A stretch of 64,000 nucleotides of DNA from Octopus sinensis (taxonomy: Eukaryota): contig NC_043005.1 in NCBI RefSeq assembly GCF_006345805.1, forward strand, positions 54,560,001 to 54,624,000. The letters are read 5' to 3'. A program made the translations under genes and the position numbers. Under the pieces are notes generated by a model. That model ran no database searches. It had not been told where the DNA came from and saw only the letters and a program-made list of their open reading frames with translations. Positions 34,775-48,442 of the stretch are shown piece by piece. Every line of letters begins with the position of its first letter. Positions within the stretch are counted from its first letter, which is position 1.

Positions 34775-34775
<1 letters not shown>
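34478..34775 (-). mobile_element. tRNA-headed SINE family A, full length
   Basis: Reverse complement of the 22576-22878 pattern. Confidence 0.9.
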
Positions 34776-34808
<33 letters not shown>

Positions 34809-34812
34809 TATG

Positions 34813-34884
<72 letters not shown>

Positions 34885-34894
34885 TATACATACA

Positions 34895-34922
<28 letters not shown>

Positions 34923-34925
<3 letters not shown>

Positions 34926-35607
34926 GAAGGGGATTCATTAAAGATTTGCTCTGACCCACTTCCAGTTATTGCAGGAAACGGAACTTGTAAAGGTATAATT
35001 ATACAGGTCTCTACATGTCACATAGTAAATTGTAGCTTTCCATTAGTATTTGTTTGTCTTTTATGGCTGCTGAAATGGACTAAGGTGTTATAATAGAAGC
35101 AGTTGAATGTAGATCAGTGATCAGGTTCTTATACTTGAAAGATGGTACATCAAAAGAGACTTTTGATGGGATGAAAGAAGTTTATGCTGATGCACTATCA
35201 TATGATGTAGTCAAGCACTGGTATCGCCACTTCTAACGTGGTCAAACATCTGTGGAAGCTGCTCCTATTCCTGGATGACCATTGATGACGACAATATTCA
35301 TAAAGTGGAAACTGCCCTTTTGGAGGATCGCTGCATAACTATTTGGCAACTAGCCCGAGAAGTGGAGATAAGTGTAGGGTCCATGGAAAAAATCATTCAC
35401 AACCATTTGCACACATGGAAGTTGTTTGCACAAGGGCTTGCTCGGATGGTCACACCTTTCATCACAACTACATAAAACAATCGAAGAAGTGTTTCACCAT
35501 TGTTGGTGACTATTTAGAAATGAAGTAATAATTATGTTGAGCTTGGTTTATCCCAGTCTCTGGGAAGTGGGTCAGGGATATGAATATTTTCAACGAACAC
35601 CCCTCAT
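34923..35607 (+). mobile_element. Internally deleted mariner element with both TIRs
   Basis: TATGAAGGGGATTCATTAAAGATTTGCTCTGACCCACTTCCAG / CTGGGAAGTGGGTCAGGG...ACACCCCTCAT; peptide ECRSVIRFLYLK...WYRHF*RGQTSVE...IDDDNIHKVETALLEDRCITIWQLAREVEISVGS. Confidence 0.85.
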
Positions 35608-35621
35608 GTGTATGTTTATAC

Positions 35622-35653
<32 letters not shown>

Positions 35654-35781
35654 GTATGTATGTATGTGTGTGTGTGTATATTTATATGTGTATGTATGTA
35701 TATGTGTGTACATATGTATATGGATGAATACATACATATATAAATATATGTGAGTATGTGTGTGTGTGTGTGCATATTATT

Positions 35782-35935
<154 letters not shown>

Positions 35936-36014
35936 CAACTGGTTGACCCCTAAATAAACTGCAGATGACTTAAGAAGCTTATCAATTTCATTATAACTTT
36001 GATAGTGGTGGGGA

Positions 36015-36330
36015 GGGACCCAGTACAAGACTGGTGTTCTTATTTTGTTGAACCTGGAATGAGGAAAGGTAAAGTGGATCTTAGTGAGATTTGAACTCAG
36101 AACAAAAACAGATTTTTAAAAATATCCAAATTCATTTTGTCCAAATTGTAATGACTCTAACAATCGATCACCCAAATAAAGAGTTTAATATTATTTTCTT
36201 GTTCCTTAAGACAGCGAGCTGGCAGAATCGTTAGCTGGACAGAATGCTTTGGGGTATTTAGCCCATTGCTTCATTCTGAGTTCAAATTCCACTGGATCAA
36301 CTTTGCCTTTCAGCCTTTCATACAAAAATA
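36015..36330. mobile_element. Two SINE family C fragments, head to head
   Basis: Minus piece GATTTGAACTCAGAAC near 36090; plus piece GCGAGCTGGCAGAATCG...CTGAGTTCAAATTCC. Confidence 0.7.
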
Positions 36331-36639
36331 CCTTGTTGTTGATGTTGAAATTCCAATGAAAGCACCTAGGGTCTAGGTTAGACATCAGCTCTTCCTCTAT
36401 TTGCAAGAAATCTTGAGATAAAACTGAACAGTGACATACATACATGTTTGTGTACAAGCTTCCACACAGGTTTCATATGCCAAATCCACTTACAAGACCT
36501 TGGTTAGCACAGGACTATAAGAGAAGACAGTTACCTAAGGTGCTACTCAGTGAAACTGAACCTAGAACTACACTGATGCAAAGTGAACTTCTTAACTACA
36601 CAGCAATGCTTGTGATTTCTTTTAAATTCTGCTTTTTCC

Positions 36640-37035
36640 CCTTTGACAAGTCTCCCTGATCCTTTTTTCAGTGTTTTTTTTGTGGATTTTCCAGTGACTC
36701 TTTTGTATGAAATTCTTTCACAATTCTTTCTTGTGACTCTTTCCCTGAATCTTTATATTTTTCTTGTGATTTTTCCCATGACTTCCAATGTGATATTTTT
36801 TATAACTTTTTTAGTTACCTTTTTTCTATGACTTTCATAATGACTTTTTAAAGTGGCCATTTTCTTATACATTTTTCACTGACTTTTTCCCCAAATCTCT
36901 TTTTTTTGTGACTTAATTTTCTGTCATTCTCTATGAATTTTTAACTATTTTCCCCCATTACATTTTTCTGTGAATTTTTTTCCTGTAACTTTTTTCTGTG
37001 ACTCGTTTTGTGTGACATTTTACCTGAAATTTTAT
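36640..37035. repeat. T-rich degenerate minisatellite (TTTTCTGTGACTTT-like units)
   Basis: Recurring (G)TGAC/TGAT cores in T tracts; resumes after the SINE at ~37435. Confidence 0.8.
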
Positions 37036-37036
37036 C

Positions 37037-37430
37037 AGTGGCTGTGTGGTAAGTAGCTTGCTTACAAACTGCATGGTTCCAGGTTCAGTCCCACTGTGTG
37101 GCTCCTTGGGCAAGTGTCTTCTACTATAGTCTTGGGCTGACCAAAGCCTTGTGAGTGGATTTGGTAGACGGAAACTGAAAAAAGCCCATCGTATATATGT
37201 ATATATATATGCATGTGTGTGTGTATATGTTTGTGTGTCTGTGTTTGTCCCCCCAATCTGGTGTGTTTACATCCCCGTAACACTAGCGGTTCGGCAAAGG
37301 AGACCAGTAGAATAAGTACTAGACTTCCAAAGAATAAGTCCTGGGGTCGATTTTCTCGACTAAAGGCGGTGCTCCAGCATGGCCACAGTCAGATGACTGA
37401 AACAAATAAAAGAGTAAAAGAGTAAAGAGT
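37037..37430 (+). mobile_element. SINE family B, near full length
   Basis: GTGGCTGTGTGGTAAGTAGC...GACTGAAACAAATAAAAGAGTAAAAGAG. Confidence 0.9.
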
Positions 37431-37739
37431 AAGCCTTTTCTCTGAGATTTCCCCCTCCGACTTTTCTCTATAACTTTTTATATTATTCTTCCTGTTATTA
37501 TTTTTTACTTTTTCTAATAACTTATTTTCATTTTGATTCCTCTCAAAATCTCATGGTTTTACATAATAATTGTCTCATTAAATTTAATGACAAATGTATT
37601 TCAGTTTGATATTTTTACTAACTGCACATGTGGTTGCAGTTAGCTTCAATTTACAACAGAGCAGTCTCTGCTTCATCTTCTACTTAACCTAATACAAATA
37701 TCATGACCTAATGATAGAGGAGCCTCTCTAAATGGCCAC

Positions 37740-38070
37740 TCAGTGTTATATAACTGGCACACCATTGGTTATGACAATGATGGTTCCAGTTGATCAGTTC
37801 AACAGAACAACCTACTTGTGAAATTAATTTGCAAGTGGCTGAGTACTCCACAGACACATGTAGTTCTCAGGGAGATTCAGTATGAGAGAGAATGTGGCAA
37901 AGCTGGCCCTTTGAAATACAGGTATTACTCATTTTCACCAACTGAATGAACTGGAGCAATGTCAAATAAAGTGCCTTGCTCAAGAACGCAATGTGCTACC
38001 AAGAATCGAACTCACAGCCTTACGATCATGAGCTGAATACCCTAACCACTAAGCCATGTGACTTCACAAG
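37740..38070 (-). mobile_element. SINE family D, near full length
   Basis: GTGGCTGAGTACTCCACAGACAC...CTTGCTCAAG...CCTAACCACTAAGCC. Confidence 0.85.
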
Positions 38071-39730
38071 ATTACATAAACAACAGCCAAATCTCCCATA
38101 AACAGGAACAAACTGCAATCTTATAAGGTATCTCATTGGACAGTGTGATGTTGTTGTATAACAGAACAGGATGTTCATGAGTTAAACATTTTTTTAATTG
38201 TAGGTTTGTTTAATCAATGTTGAATTAGAATGAAATGAGGGAGGCCTAAATAACAACACCAACAACTATGATATTATAAGGCAGCTCTTTATAACCGATC
38301 TCCATAATGCATTTAGCAGACATCATTAGTAGCTTGTAATTAGTTCTTCTTCCTCTTTTTCTTACACGCACACGTGTACACATTCACTCAACCATACACA
38401 GACAGACATACACACAGCATGCAGGTGATTTGCAATGAATATTTTAGTTTAAAATTATTATAACCTCTCTATATAATGTTTGATTATTATTCATATTAAA
38501 ATTAATCTTAGTACGTAAATGCATGCATGCATACACACACACACACAAATATATATATGAACATATGCATATTGGTGAATAGGTTTATAAATATATACAT
38601 ATATATATATATATGAATATTTGCATCATACACATACACACACTCACATGCATACATACGCACACACATACACATGCACTCACATGCATACATACACATA
38701 CACACATACATACACTAATATACCGTTTCTGAGTAATTTTCTTGCTAGAGTGCCTGCAAGTTCCAGCTTACCATCTTCGAAAGCTTCTATTGTTAGTCAT
38801 GATCTCAAATAACCACTAGAAGACAACGGCATCCTGACAACAGGAACTAGCAATTTACCTTACTTTTAACTTTAATAAGACAAGAGGCTTTTCGTTATTC
38901 TAATTAAAGAAACCGGAAATTAATGTTTGATATATATCTCTGTTTAAGTTCTGCACCACCTTGAATTTCTTTCTACTAAATCAGTTAATTGCCTTTATTT
39001 CAATGTTAGACATGACACTTTGAACAAATTGAACCATGCTGTATACCAGATTTTGAGATAATTTTGGTCATTGACAACGACTGACTTACTGAGAAATTAC
39101 GCTTTATAGGAAAACTTCTTCTTCACACAGATGCCTTACCTTATTTATTTTACATTTCTTTCGGCTTTGGCAGAAAAGCTGTTTTTACCGAGGATTACGT
39201 TATAGGTTACAATTGATTGAACTTAATAATGTTTGTGAATTAGCTGAGTCATTAGAGCATCAGATAAAAATACCTTCCAGTATTTGTTCTGACTCTCTGC
39301 ACTTTGAGTTCAAATCCTGCCAAGGTCAGCCTTGCCATTTATTCACTTGTTTTTAAGGTCAGTAAATAAAGTAGCAACCCATGTAGTGAGATTGGAGGAA
39401 CTGTTAAGAGTTTAGAATGTCAGGTGGGATGCAAATTCTTCCTTTTTTGTGATGAAAATCATAACTAGCAGATACAGGTATAGCAGAATGATTAAGAAGT
39501 TTGCTTTGCAACAGTATGGTTTCAGGTTCAGTCCACTGCTGAGAAACTTGGGCAAATGTCTTCCCCTACAGTCTCATCCTGACCAATGCCTTGTCAGTAA
39601 ATTTGATTGGCAGAAATTGTGTGGAATCCTATCTTATATATTTATTATTTTTTAAAACCAAAACAAAACAAGTTATTTAAAAAATTCATAATGCAATTGT
39701 TTTTATTATTATCATCTTCATCATCATCAT

Positions 39731-39761
<31 letters not shown>

Positions 39762-39780
39762 ATTATTATTATTATTATCA

Positions 39781-39817
<37 letters not shown>

Positions 39818-40084
39818 CATTATTATTATTTTTTTTTGCCTTCCCCTTTTTGTCCATTACCTTTTCCAGTGTATTTTGGTACCAAGCACCTGTAACTTCA
39901 TATCCATACTTACGGCATAGTAGCCAGTGGAGTTTTGGGCTATTTTGTCGTGTTTACATTTCTACTCTTTCTGCCAAATTTGTCAGTTTACATAAAATGA
40001 AAAGAAACCACAATATCCCATTCAAAAGTTAAGCATTTTAAGAAACAATAAAAAATGAAGATATACCAACTAGATTAGAGCCCA

Positions 40085-40840
40085 AAGTAGCCACTCTCAG
40101 CTTCTATTACAGCTTTAAGATGACTCTGGAACCTGGTGCATTCATTCCTCACAGTGTCTCAAACACTTCTTCAATCTTTGCCATGAGCTTGGCCTTGGTG
40201 TTGCAAGCAGAGTGACCAGTGTCTTTCTTAAATATGCTATATAGATATATAGTAATCTTTGGGATTACAATTGGGGTAATCAAGAGACCAGAAATTGGGG
40301 CTGGTAAAGTCATAGAACCACTTCTGGTTCTTTCTGGAAGTATGATAATGAGCCAAATCCTGCTGTAAAACATAAAACCTTTCAGCAGCAAACACCTCTA
40401 GCTGAGGTTTGACTGCTGTCTCCAGAAGCTTCATATAGCTGTTTGAATTAAGCTTAAGGCCCAGTTCAAAGATGTGGAGCAGCATGACATCACCCTCACT
40501 AGAGACACATCCAAAGACCGTAACAATTTTGGGGAACTCAGCTTTCAAGATGTCCATGTCATGTTTTTCAGCCTTTGCAGTGTTCACAGAGCATTGAGTA
40601 TCAGTCATATCAGCATTTTGATACCCAGCACAAAATATCATGACACATGTAGCTCTATTCCAATATTCAGATAGCTTCTGGCTCTCCATGTCAGCTAACT
40701 TTTTCTCCACTACAACTTTAACCTTTATGCTCTCCAATGTCATTAACTGTTATTATTATCATTATTATAATACATCAAGGCATTCCTCAGGAAAAGGAGT
40801 CATAAAAAAAGCATTAAATTTAGTCCAAAGACCCAGTGTA
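40085..40840 (-). pseudogene. Tc1/mariner-superfamily (maT/DD37D-like) element with internally deleted transposase
   Basis: ORF 40237-40743: FPKIVTVFGCVSSEGDVM...YVLQQDLAHYHTSRKNQKW...PNCNPKDYY; 33 residues between the last two Asp (37 if a 4-codon deletion is assumed); terminus homologous to 15132. Confidence 0.8.
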
Positions 40841-41025
40841 TCAAGCAATGCTTCGTGGAAACTACACTAACATAAATAAAAATATATGCGCGTGTATATA
40901 TATTCCATGCACGTACCGTTCCTTCAGTGTTCTGCTTTCTTAGAACCAGAAATGGCTCTGATGAAAGTAGCATTATTTTTTTTAGGTCACACAGCTTTTT
41001 TCAACTGATCAATAGACTGATCACG

Positions 41026-41055
<30 letters not shown>

Positions 41056-41056
<1 letters not shown>

Positions 41057-41352
41057 CACCGTGATCACCGTGACCGATGTTGCTACACATCGCTGGTCAC
41101 AATGCGCTTCACATTGTTTTAGCCTTCAAATGACGCCACCCCACTGGCTAAGCAAGCAGGCCAACAGAAGAAAGAGTGAAAGAAAGTTGTGGTTAAAGAG
41201 TACAGCAGGGTTCACCACAACACCCTGCCAGAGCCTTGGGGAGCTTTAGGTGTTTTTGCTCAATAAACACTCACAACACCCAGTCTGGGAATCGAAACCA
41301 CAATCCTATGCCTGCAAGTCCACTGCCCTAACCACTGGGCCATTGTGCCTCC
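41056..41352 (-). mobile_element. tRNA-headed SINE family A variant with a different 3' tail
   Basis: Family A head and core; tail ends in CGGTCACGGTGATCACGGTGA repeats. Confidence 0.8.
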
Positions 41353-41440
41353 ACATATATATATATATATACACACACACATATATATATACACACACAT
41401 ATATATATATATATTTATATATATATATATACACACACAC

Positions 41441-41489
<49 letters not shown>

Positions 41490-41492
<3 letters not shown>

Positions 41493-41672
41493 CGCCATGA
41501 TAGATCGGTAGCCACTACACACATTTTTTTAACTCCTTGTTTCTTTCTGTGGAAGAGTGTAGACTCAAAACGTAAAAGACTTTTTCAATTCCTGAGTATT
41601 ATACTAATACATCTGTTTGTTTTCTACACCTCTTGTCTTCGTCTTTTGTTTTTTCGTGAATTCTCCCTATAT
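41490..41672 (+). mobile_element. Short HHR-like element, family P4
   Basis: Within (TA)n; homologous to 45999-46195; 41543-41578 reads CUUU CUGUGGA A GAGU GUAG ACUC AAAA C GU A AAAG. Confidence 0.7.
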
Positions 41673-41699
41673 ATATACCCTCTCTCTCTTTCGGAGAGG

Positions 41700-41890
41700 C
41701 ACAAGCACCCACACGCACATATACACACACGGCAGTAACTTCCGCCTGCCGAATTCAATCACAAAGCTTCGGTCGGCTCGGAGCTATAGCAGAAGACACC
41801 CACCCAAAGTGCCACGCAGTGGGACTGAACCCGAAAGCATATAGCTAGGAAGCAAGCTCCCTAACCACACAGCCATGCCCGCGCCTATCC
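41700..41890 (-). mobile_element. SINE family B, 5' half
   Basis: AAAGTGCCACGCAGTGGGACTGAACCC...ACCACACAGCCATGCCCGCGCC. Confidence 0.85.
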
Positions 41891-41935
41891 AATATATATA
41901 TATGTGTGTGTGTGTGTATACCTTCATACATTCAT

Positions 41936-42039
<104 letters not shown>

Positions 42040-42698
42040 ATTGGGTTTTGTAATATTTCTGTGTACCAAATTTCACTCTCAAAGGCATTATTTAGCCCAA
42101 GGCTACAGAAGATGATATTTACCAAAATACATGGTTGAGAAGCAAATTTTGCATTCATGTAATCATGCCTGTATCTATCTAATGTTTTGAAATTAAATTT
42201 AAAATAAATAATTGAATATAGGCGTTATCTCCTTGAGTTATTACTTAGTAAATTACAAGCCAATGAGAAAGCCTCTATGTTGTCACTCATTTTAGTAGAA
42301 ATAGCAGCCATATTCTATCAAATCATGCACACACACACACACACACACACATCTTCCTACTAACCATCTTAACTAAAAAAGAATACGCTGGGTCAAAACA
42401 ATAACTTAGGAGGCATTTCTGGAAACTGAAAATGAATTTTGTTTAATTATACACCATCTTATGATGAATACAGTAATTGTTTAACAACAGATCATACAAA
42501 TGAGAAAGAGAAAAAAAATAAACAAACAAACAAACAAACAAGCAAATAACAAACAATAATTGGGGGATAACATATACAAGAATTCATTAATTTCAACAAA
42601 TATTAATAAAATATATATTCCCATTAAGAAATATTTTATTTAAATGCTTTTAGGTTTACAGTTAATTATTATCATCGTTGTAGTTGTTGTTCTTGTTC

Positions 42699-42751
<53 letters not shown>

Positions 42752-43706
42752 TATTGCTTTCATTATTATTGTTGTTGCTGTTATTTATCATTATTATTAT
42801 TATTATTATTGTTCATTATTATTATTTGTTATCGTTGTATTTTCTTTATTGTAGTTTCATTATGCCAAAATTTGTTTTCTATCAAGTATGATTGTATCTT
42901 GGAATTCCTTCTTAACATATATTTCTTTCCATTAAGCCTATTATCTTCTTTTCTAAGTTAAATATGAATAGAAAGAAGTTTTATGGCTGCATACTAATTG
43001 AAATTAAGACAATGAGAAGACAGAGAGAGAGAAACCTTCTTTAGAAAAGATAACAGTGTAGATTGGAATTACTTTATTGACAACTTTTTCTCAGTAATGG
43101 AAGAACCAAAACAAAAAAAAAGAAGAAGGAAAAGAAAAAGAAACAAAAAAGAAACGAAAAGAAAAATACCTTGAATCAGTGAAGAGAATGGAATTGTGTA
43201 AACAATAGTCATCAGTTTCATCAGTGACCTATGGCTGTTCATTTGGGATGTTTACAACAGTGAGGGTGAAAGATGTGTCTAAATTTACATCAGTATGACG
43301 ACCACCACTCTCATCACCAAAACACTCCACCACCACCACCACCACTAACATAATAACCACTGTCACCTCCATCACCACCATCACTACAATTGCTCATGTT
43401 TCTTGTCTAACCCTGACCCCTATTCCCTTCAATCTCAAACCTCAAACCTGACTAAACTGCAAAAGTTGACAGAAAATTTTTTAACTAAATGCTGTGTGGT
43501 AAGGTTTACGGTGGGGTGGCTATATGGTATGCAGCCACAGTTTGAGGTGTTGGGTTTTGCTGACAGGGAGTATGAAAACAGGAAAAATAAAATTTGAATT
43601 TTTCTTTTCTCCTCCTTGAGGGTCATGCCCACTTCCCCTTAAGTTTTCATTTTACTGACTCTCCACCCTGAGGAAATTTTGGAAGATTAGGGACCCTTCA
43701 TGTTTC

Positions 43707-43742
<36 letters not shown>

Positions 43743-43937
43743 GTGTGTGTGTGTGTGTATGCATGTGCATGTGTGTATAAATATACATACACTCCTGAAT
43801 ATATATATATATATACATATACATACATATATGTATGTATATATATTTCTTTTTATTGGTCCAGGAGGTAGTGAGGTTATTGAGCCTTGCTCCGGTTGAG
43901 ATTAAATAATATAAATTTTGTCCTACATATATATATG

Positions 43938-43981
<44 letters not shown>

Positions 43982-44066
43982 CACCACACACATATATGCA
44001 TATATTAATGTGTGCATATGTATGTGCATACATACACATACATGTATGTATGTATGTATGTATGTA

Positions 44067-44107
<41 letters not shown>

Positions 44108-44110
44108 GTG

Positions 44111-44141
<31 letters not shown>

Positions 44142-44484
44142 CGAGAGTCATATACATATTTGAATGTTACTTGTTACAGTCTTTGGACTGTCGACAAACG
44201 AGGGCACTGCCTTAAAGGACTTTTAATCAATCAAATTGACCCCAGTACTTATTTTAAATTATCTAACAGATAAATATGTAAATGTATTTAATAATGTATT
44301 CTGGATAACTTGAACATTTCTCTTCTTTTCCTTGAGGGTCACTAACACATGCCTGCAAGTTTTAGTTTCCTGTCCCCCACCCCGAGGAAATTTCAGAAAA
44401 TTAGGATTATATTTGATATCGTATTCTGTACACGACTCTTTGGCTGAAACGTGTGTGTGTGTATGCATGCATATATATATATAT

Positions 44485-44516
<32 letters not shown>

Positions 44517-44649
44517 TTACATAAATGTATGTATTTATAGGCACAGGCCGGGATGTGTGTGTGTATGCATGCATATATATATATATATATATACACATAT
44601 ATATATATGTATATATGTGTGTGTATGTAAATATGACTGCATGCATGTA

Positions 44650-44830
44650 TGTATGTATGTATGTATGTATAGGTACAGGCGTGGTAAGAAGCTTACTTCT
44701 GAACCACATGATTCCAGGTTCAGTTTCACTGTGTTGCTCCTTGTGAAATGTCTTGGGCTGACCAGATACATGTGAGTGGATTTGGTGGATGGCAACTGAA
44801 AGAACCCATCATATATATGTTTGTGCATGT
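44650..44830 (+). mobile_element. SINE family B, 5' half
   Basis: GGCGTGGTAAGAAGCTTACTTC...GGCAACTGAAAGAACCC. Confidence 0.75.
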
Positions 44831-45267
44831 TTATGTGTGTGTTTGTGTCTGTGTGTGTGTATATGTATGCATGTATGTATGTATGTGTGTGGGGGCATAT
44901 ATATATATATACACACACACATACATACATACATACATACATACATACATACATACATACATACATACATACATACATACATACATACATACATACATAC
45001 ATACATACATACATACACACTTTTTGATATACACAAGATTTGCATGCAAGCTACTATTAGTTCTATGCCTGTAAATCTTGTATAGCATGTTATGTATTTT
45101 CAGGCAATCATTCTTCAATTTCTCTTTTTCTCTACCCCCGACAATGGATTGCATCCGAAACATTGGATATTCTACTCCTCACGGCAAATCCAATAATTTA
45201 TTTATGTTATAAAGTAACATAATATACTATGAATGTAATATAAGATAACATAAAAAATCATTAAAAA

Positions 45268-45362
45268 ACCGAAATAGTCAGCAATTTGTTTCGACTTATA
45301 TGCATTATTTGATTTATAAACAAAACATTTCCACTTGTATAAGTCTCTTCAGAGTTTTGGGT
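45268..45362 (-). ncRNA. Type I hammerhead motif with intact core, decayed stem I and cleavage site (family P5)
   Basis: CUGAAGA GACUUAUA-(37 nt)-UAUAAGUC GAAA CAAAUUG C U: perfect 8-bp stem II closed by G-C; ACAA-A-UUG(C) near-palindrome; U16.1 appears mutated. Confidence 0.65.
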
Positions 45363-45515
45363 TGTAGATAGAGACGAAATTCCATGTGAGAGGACAACTG
45401 GATTGTAAAAAAATTAATTCAAATGCCTATGTATTATGAGTGGGAGAGTTAGCTTTTCAACTACATAACAATTGTCAATTGAATCGCTATTTAATTTATT
45501 GTTTGTAATATATAT

Positions 45516-45572
45516 AAATGGCGGTGCCCCAGCATGGCCACAGCTCATGAGCTGAAACTGGAAAAATCAAAA
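45516..45572 (+). mobile_element. Extreme 3' tail of the CR1 family seen at 33943
   Basis: AAATGGCGGTGCCCCAGCATGGCCACAGCTCATGAGCTGAAACTGG. Confidence 0.8.
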
Positions 45573-45739
45573 TATATAAAGCTGAAGTTGTCTGTGTGTG
45601 GCAGGTTTGGTAGCCTTCAACTAACACTAACTCCTCCGAGACCCTGTGGCACAAGTTGACCAAAATTGAAAGTATGATAGAAGAAGGCTTGCTCTTCATT
45701 CCGTAGAAGATAAAATTCAAATCAGACCATGTTAAGACC

Positions 45740-45954
45740 AAAAATTATTTACATCAAAAAGGTAATTTTTTTCTATGAAAATTCCTGTTTTACGATTTTT
45801 TGACTGCTGTGTTGCCATTTTTCAGTGTATTTCAACCAGAAAAATGTTCACTTAAAGAAAATAACAAGCTACATAATGCAAAATTTTTACTTTTCAAAAA
45901 TTCCAATTCTAAAGGGTTGAAACAAACCCGAGCAACGCCAGGCAATACTGCTAG
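45740..45954 (+). mobile_element. Helitron-like 3' end
   Basis: CCCGAGCAACGCCAGG CAATACTG CTAG/T, the same terminus type as 63667; left boundary uncertain. Confidence 0.7.
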
Positions 45955-45957
45955 TAT

Positions 45958-45998
<41 letters not shown>

Positions 45999-46000
<2 letters not shown>

Positions 46001-46192
46001 GGGAGAGTTTACGAAAAAAAACAAAAGACAAAGACAGGTGGTGTACAAAACAAACAGATGTATTAGTATAACGCTCAGGAATAGAAAAAGTCTTTTACGT
46101 TTCGAGCCTATACTCTTCTACAGAAAGGGACACAGAAAAAACAAGGAGAGAAACAAGGAGAGAAAAAAAATGTGTGTAGTGTCTAATGACCT

Positions 46193-46195
<3 letters not shown>
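45999..46195 (-). mobile_element. Short HHR-like element, family P4
   Basis: Within (TA)n; 46090-46131 reads CUUU CUGUAGA A GAGU AUAG GCUC GAAA C GU A AAAG. Confidence 0.75.
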
Positions 46196-46266
<71 letters not shown>

Positions 46267-46569
46267 CATTTATTAGTTTCCACCTTTCAGAATGTTTTTT
46301 TTAGCCTTGACCACTAACACCAATCTGCTTTAGCAAACAATAAGGATTCACCAGTCATATGTCATTGTGAATCATCAGCTTATTGAAGCTATTGCCATTG
46401 ATGTCAATAAACAACCAGCCTAAGCAGGTTTACTGCAGGCAATGTGAATGAATTTCTAACTCCTGACGGTATGCAGCTTAGTCTCACTGTCTCACAATTC
46501 ACAACATTTCTTTGAAGAGAAAAAAAAGGGGAAAGCGAGAATGATAGAGAGAGACATTATTTTTACTGA

Positions 46570-46830
46570 GGGGATATACCTACCTGGCAAGGGATTTGAT
46601 CCGATATTGTGTGTTTAAACTAAAATGATTGCAGTATGGAAAAACATGTTAGCTATTCAAAAACACACAATAACTGTTAACTTCACTTAAACATTTATTA
46701 TTTGTTATATGGTGTCAGAATTTTCATCACGCAAAACTGGTGCCTGATCGCTGACAAGGCTACACTGCATAAGATTTGTTTTTGAATGGCTAACGTGTGT
46801 CTTTCGGGCTGTAATCGTTTTTATTTTAAT
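46570..46830. mobile_element. Diverged copy of the foldback family at 2648 and 63775
   Basis: Collinear similarity (GGGATA.ACC...GCAAG.GA..TGATC...ATTGCAGT.TGGAA...CACACAA) and internal IR ATGTTAGCTATTCAAAAACA / TGTTTTTGAATGGCTAACGT. Confidence 0.65.
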
Positions 46831-46860
46831 TAAGCCATATAGAATTGTAATAATACCATC

Positions 46861-46891
<31 letters not shown>

Positions 46892-47439
46892 ATTTTGGAA
46901 TACAGTCAGAGAGAGAAAGAGACAGTGAGACAGACAGATAGCAAATAAAGTTCTGTAAGAGTTTACAGAAATAAGTGCTTAAACTGCTGAAGAAGCTGTT
47001 TCTTAGGTATCTCCTAGAAATCTTCACAGAAGTTTAGAAAGATAATAATAATAAAAAAAAGAGAGAGAAGTGATTTATGAAGGTGAAGCGAGAGAGAATG
47101 CATGCATGTGTGTATGTGCTTGTGTATGTCTGTGTGTGTGTGTGTTGGGGTGAGGGTGAGGTGTGTTGGGGTGAGGGAAACAGAGATAGATAAGGGATGC
47201 AGCTAGGTGGGGAGCAGAGTGTGTGGGAGACGGACGGCATGAATTAAGTGGCTGTAAATTTAGGGGCTCATTGTTTGAGAGAAAGTGTAATTACATAGGC
47301 TTGTCTTCTGGCGGATGCTGCCTGTCTAACATGTTATACACTTAGAGAAACTCCCTACTTGTTGAGATGATATTTCGTGGATAGTCAAACAAGGCAAAAC
47401 ACCAATTCCCTTTTGCAAATTGAACTTTAGTCAAATTAT

Positions 47440-47504
47440 AAATATATACATATGTATAAGTGTGTGTATATACATATATATCTATATATATATGTATATG
47501 TAAT

Positions 47505-47570
<66 letters not shown>

Positions 47571-48058
47571 ACATAAAGTATATGTATATATATGCTTATA
47601 GATGTATGTGTGAGTGTTTGTATATATGTTTATATGTGTGTGTGCGTGTAGAGAGAGAGAGAGAGGGAGAGATGTACATGCAAACACATACAGATGCACA
47701 CACATGCATATTCAAACACATTACACAACACACTCATGCACAACATACATATCCTCGTACACATGCATGAATGCATAACATATAGGCATACACTTACATG
47801 CATGTACGCAAGCTCGTGAATGAATCACTTTAATTTTGCATGTAAAATGCTCAAAGAAACACACATCTACATTGCGCATGTATATACTCAGACAGAAAGA
47901 CACGTACATCCTTGCATGTACTCATACATACATCTAACTAGACAGATAAATAGCTAATTGTATGTACACCTCAACCCACATACATAATATATACATATAT
48001 GTACACATGTATGTATACATATAGACGTGTATGTTTGCATACATGTGTGTGTGTGTGT

Positions 48059-48118
<60 letters not shown>

Positions 48119-48125
48119 ATATATG

Positions 48126-48166
<41 letters not shown>

Positions 48167-48406
48167 ATTTACATATATATATGCATATACATATGTAAAT
48201 GTACATACATATGTACATATATATATATGTACGTATGTATGTATGTATGTATGTGTGTATATTTATATATATATATGTATGCATGGCCTGTATGTATGTA
48301 TATATATGTGTGTGTGCATATATATATATATATACACACACACATATATACATGTATGTATTTACATATATATATATATGCATATACATATATAAATGTA
48401 CATACG

Positions 48407-48442
<36 letters not shown>

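Noticed and set aside
46338-46386. Hairpin containing CUGAUGA on the minus strand
   Set aside because: No GAAA or stem III; the fold is a simple bulged hairpin
46576-46594. U1 snRNA-like 5' sequence ATACCTACCTGGCAAGGGA
   Set aside because: It lies in a diverged foldback copy; the other two copies match U1 less well and the rest of U1, including the Sm site, is absent
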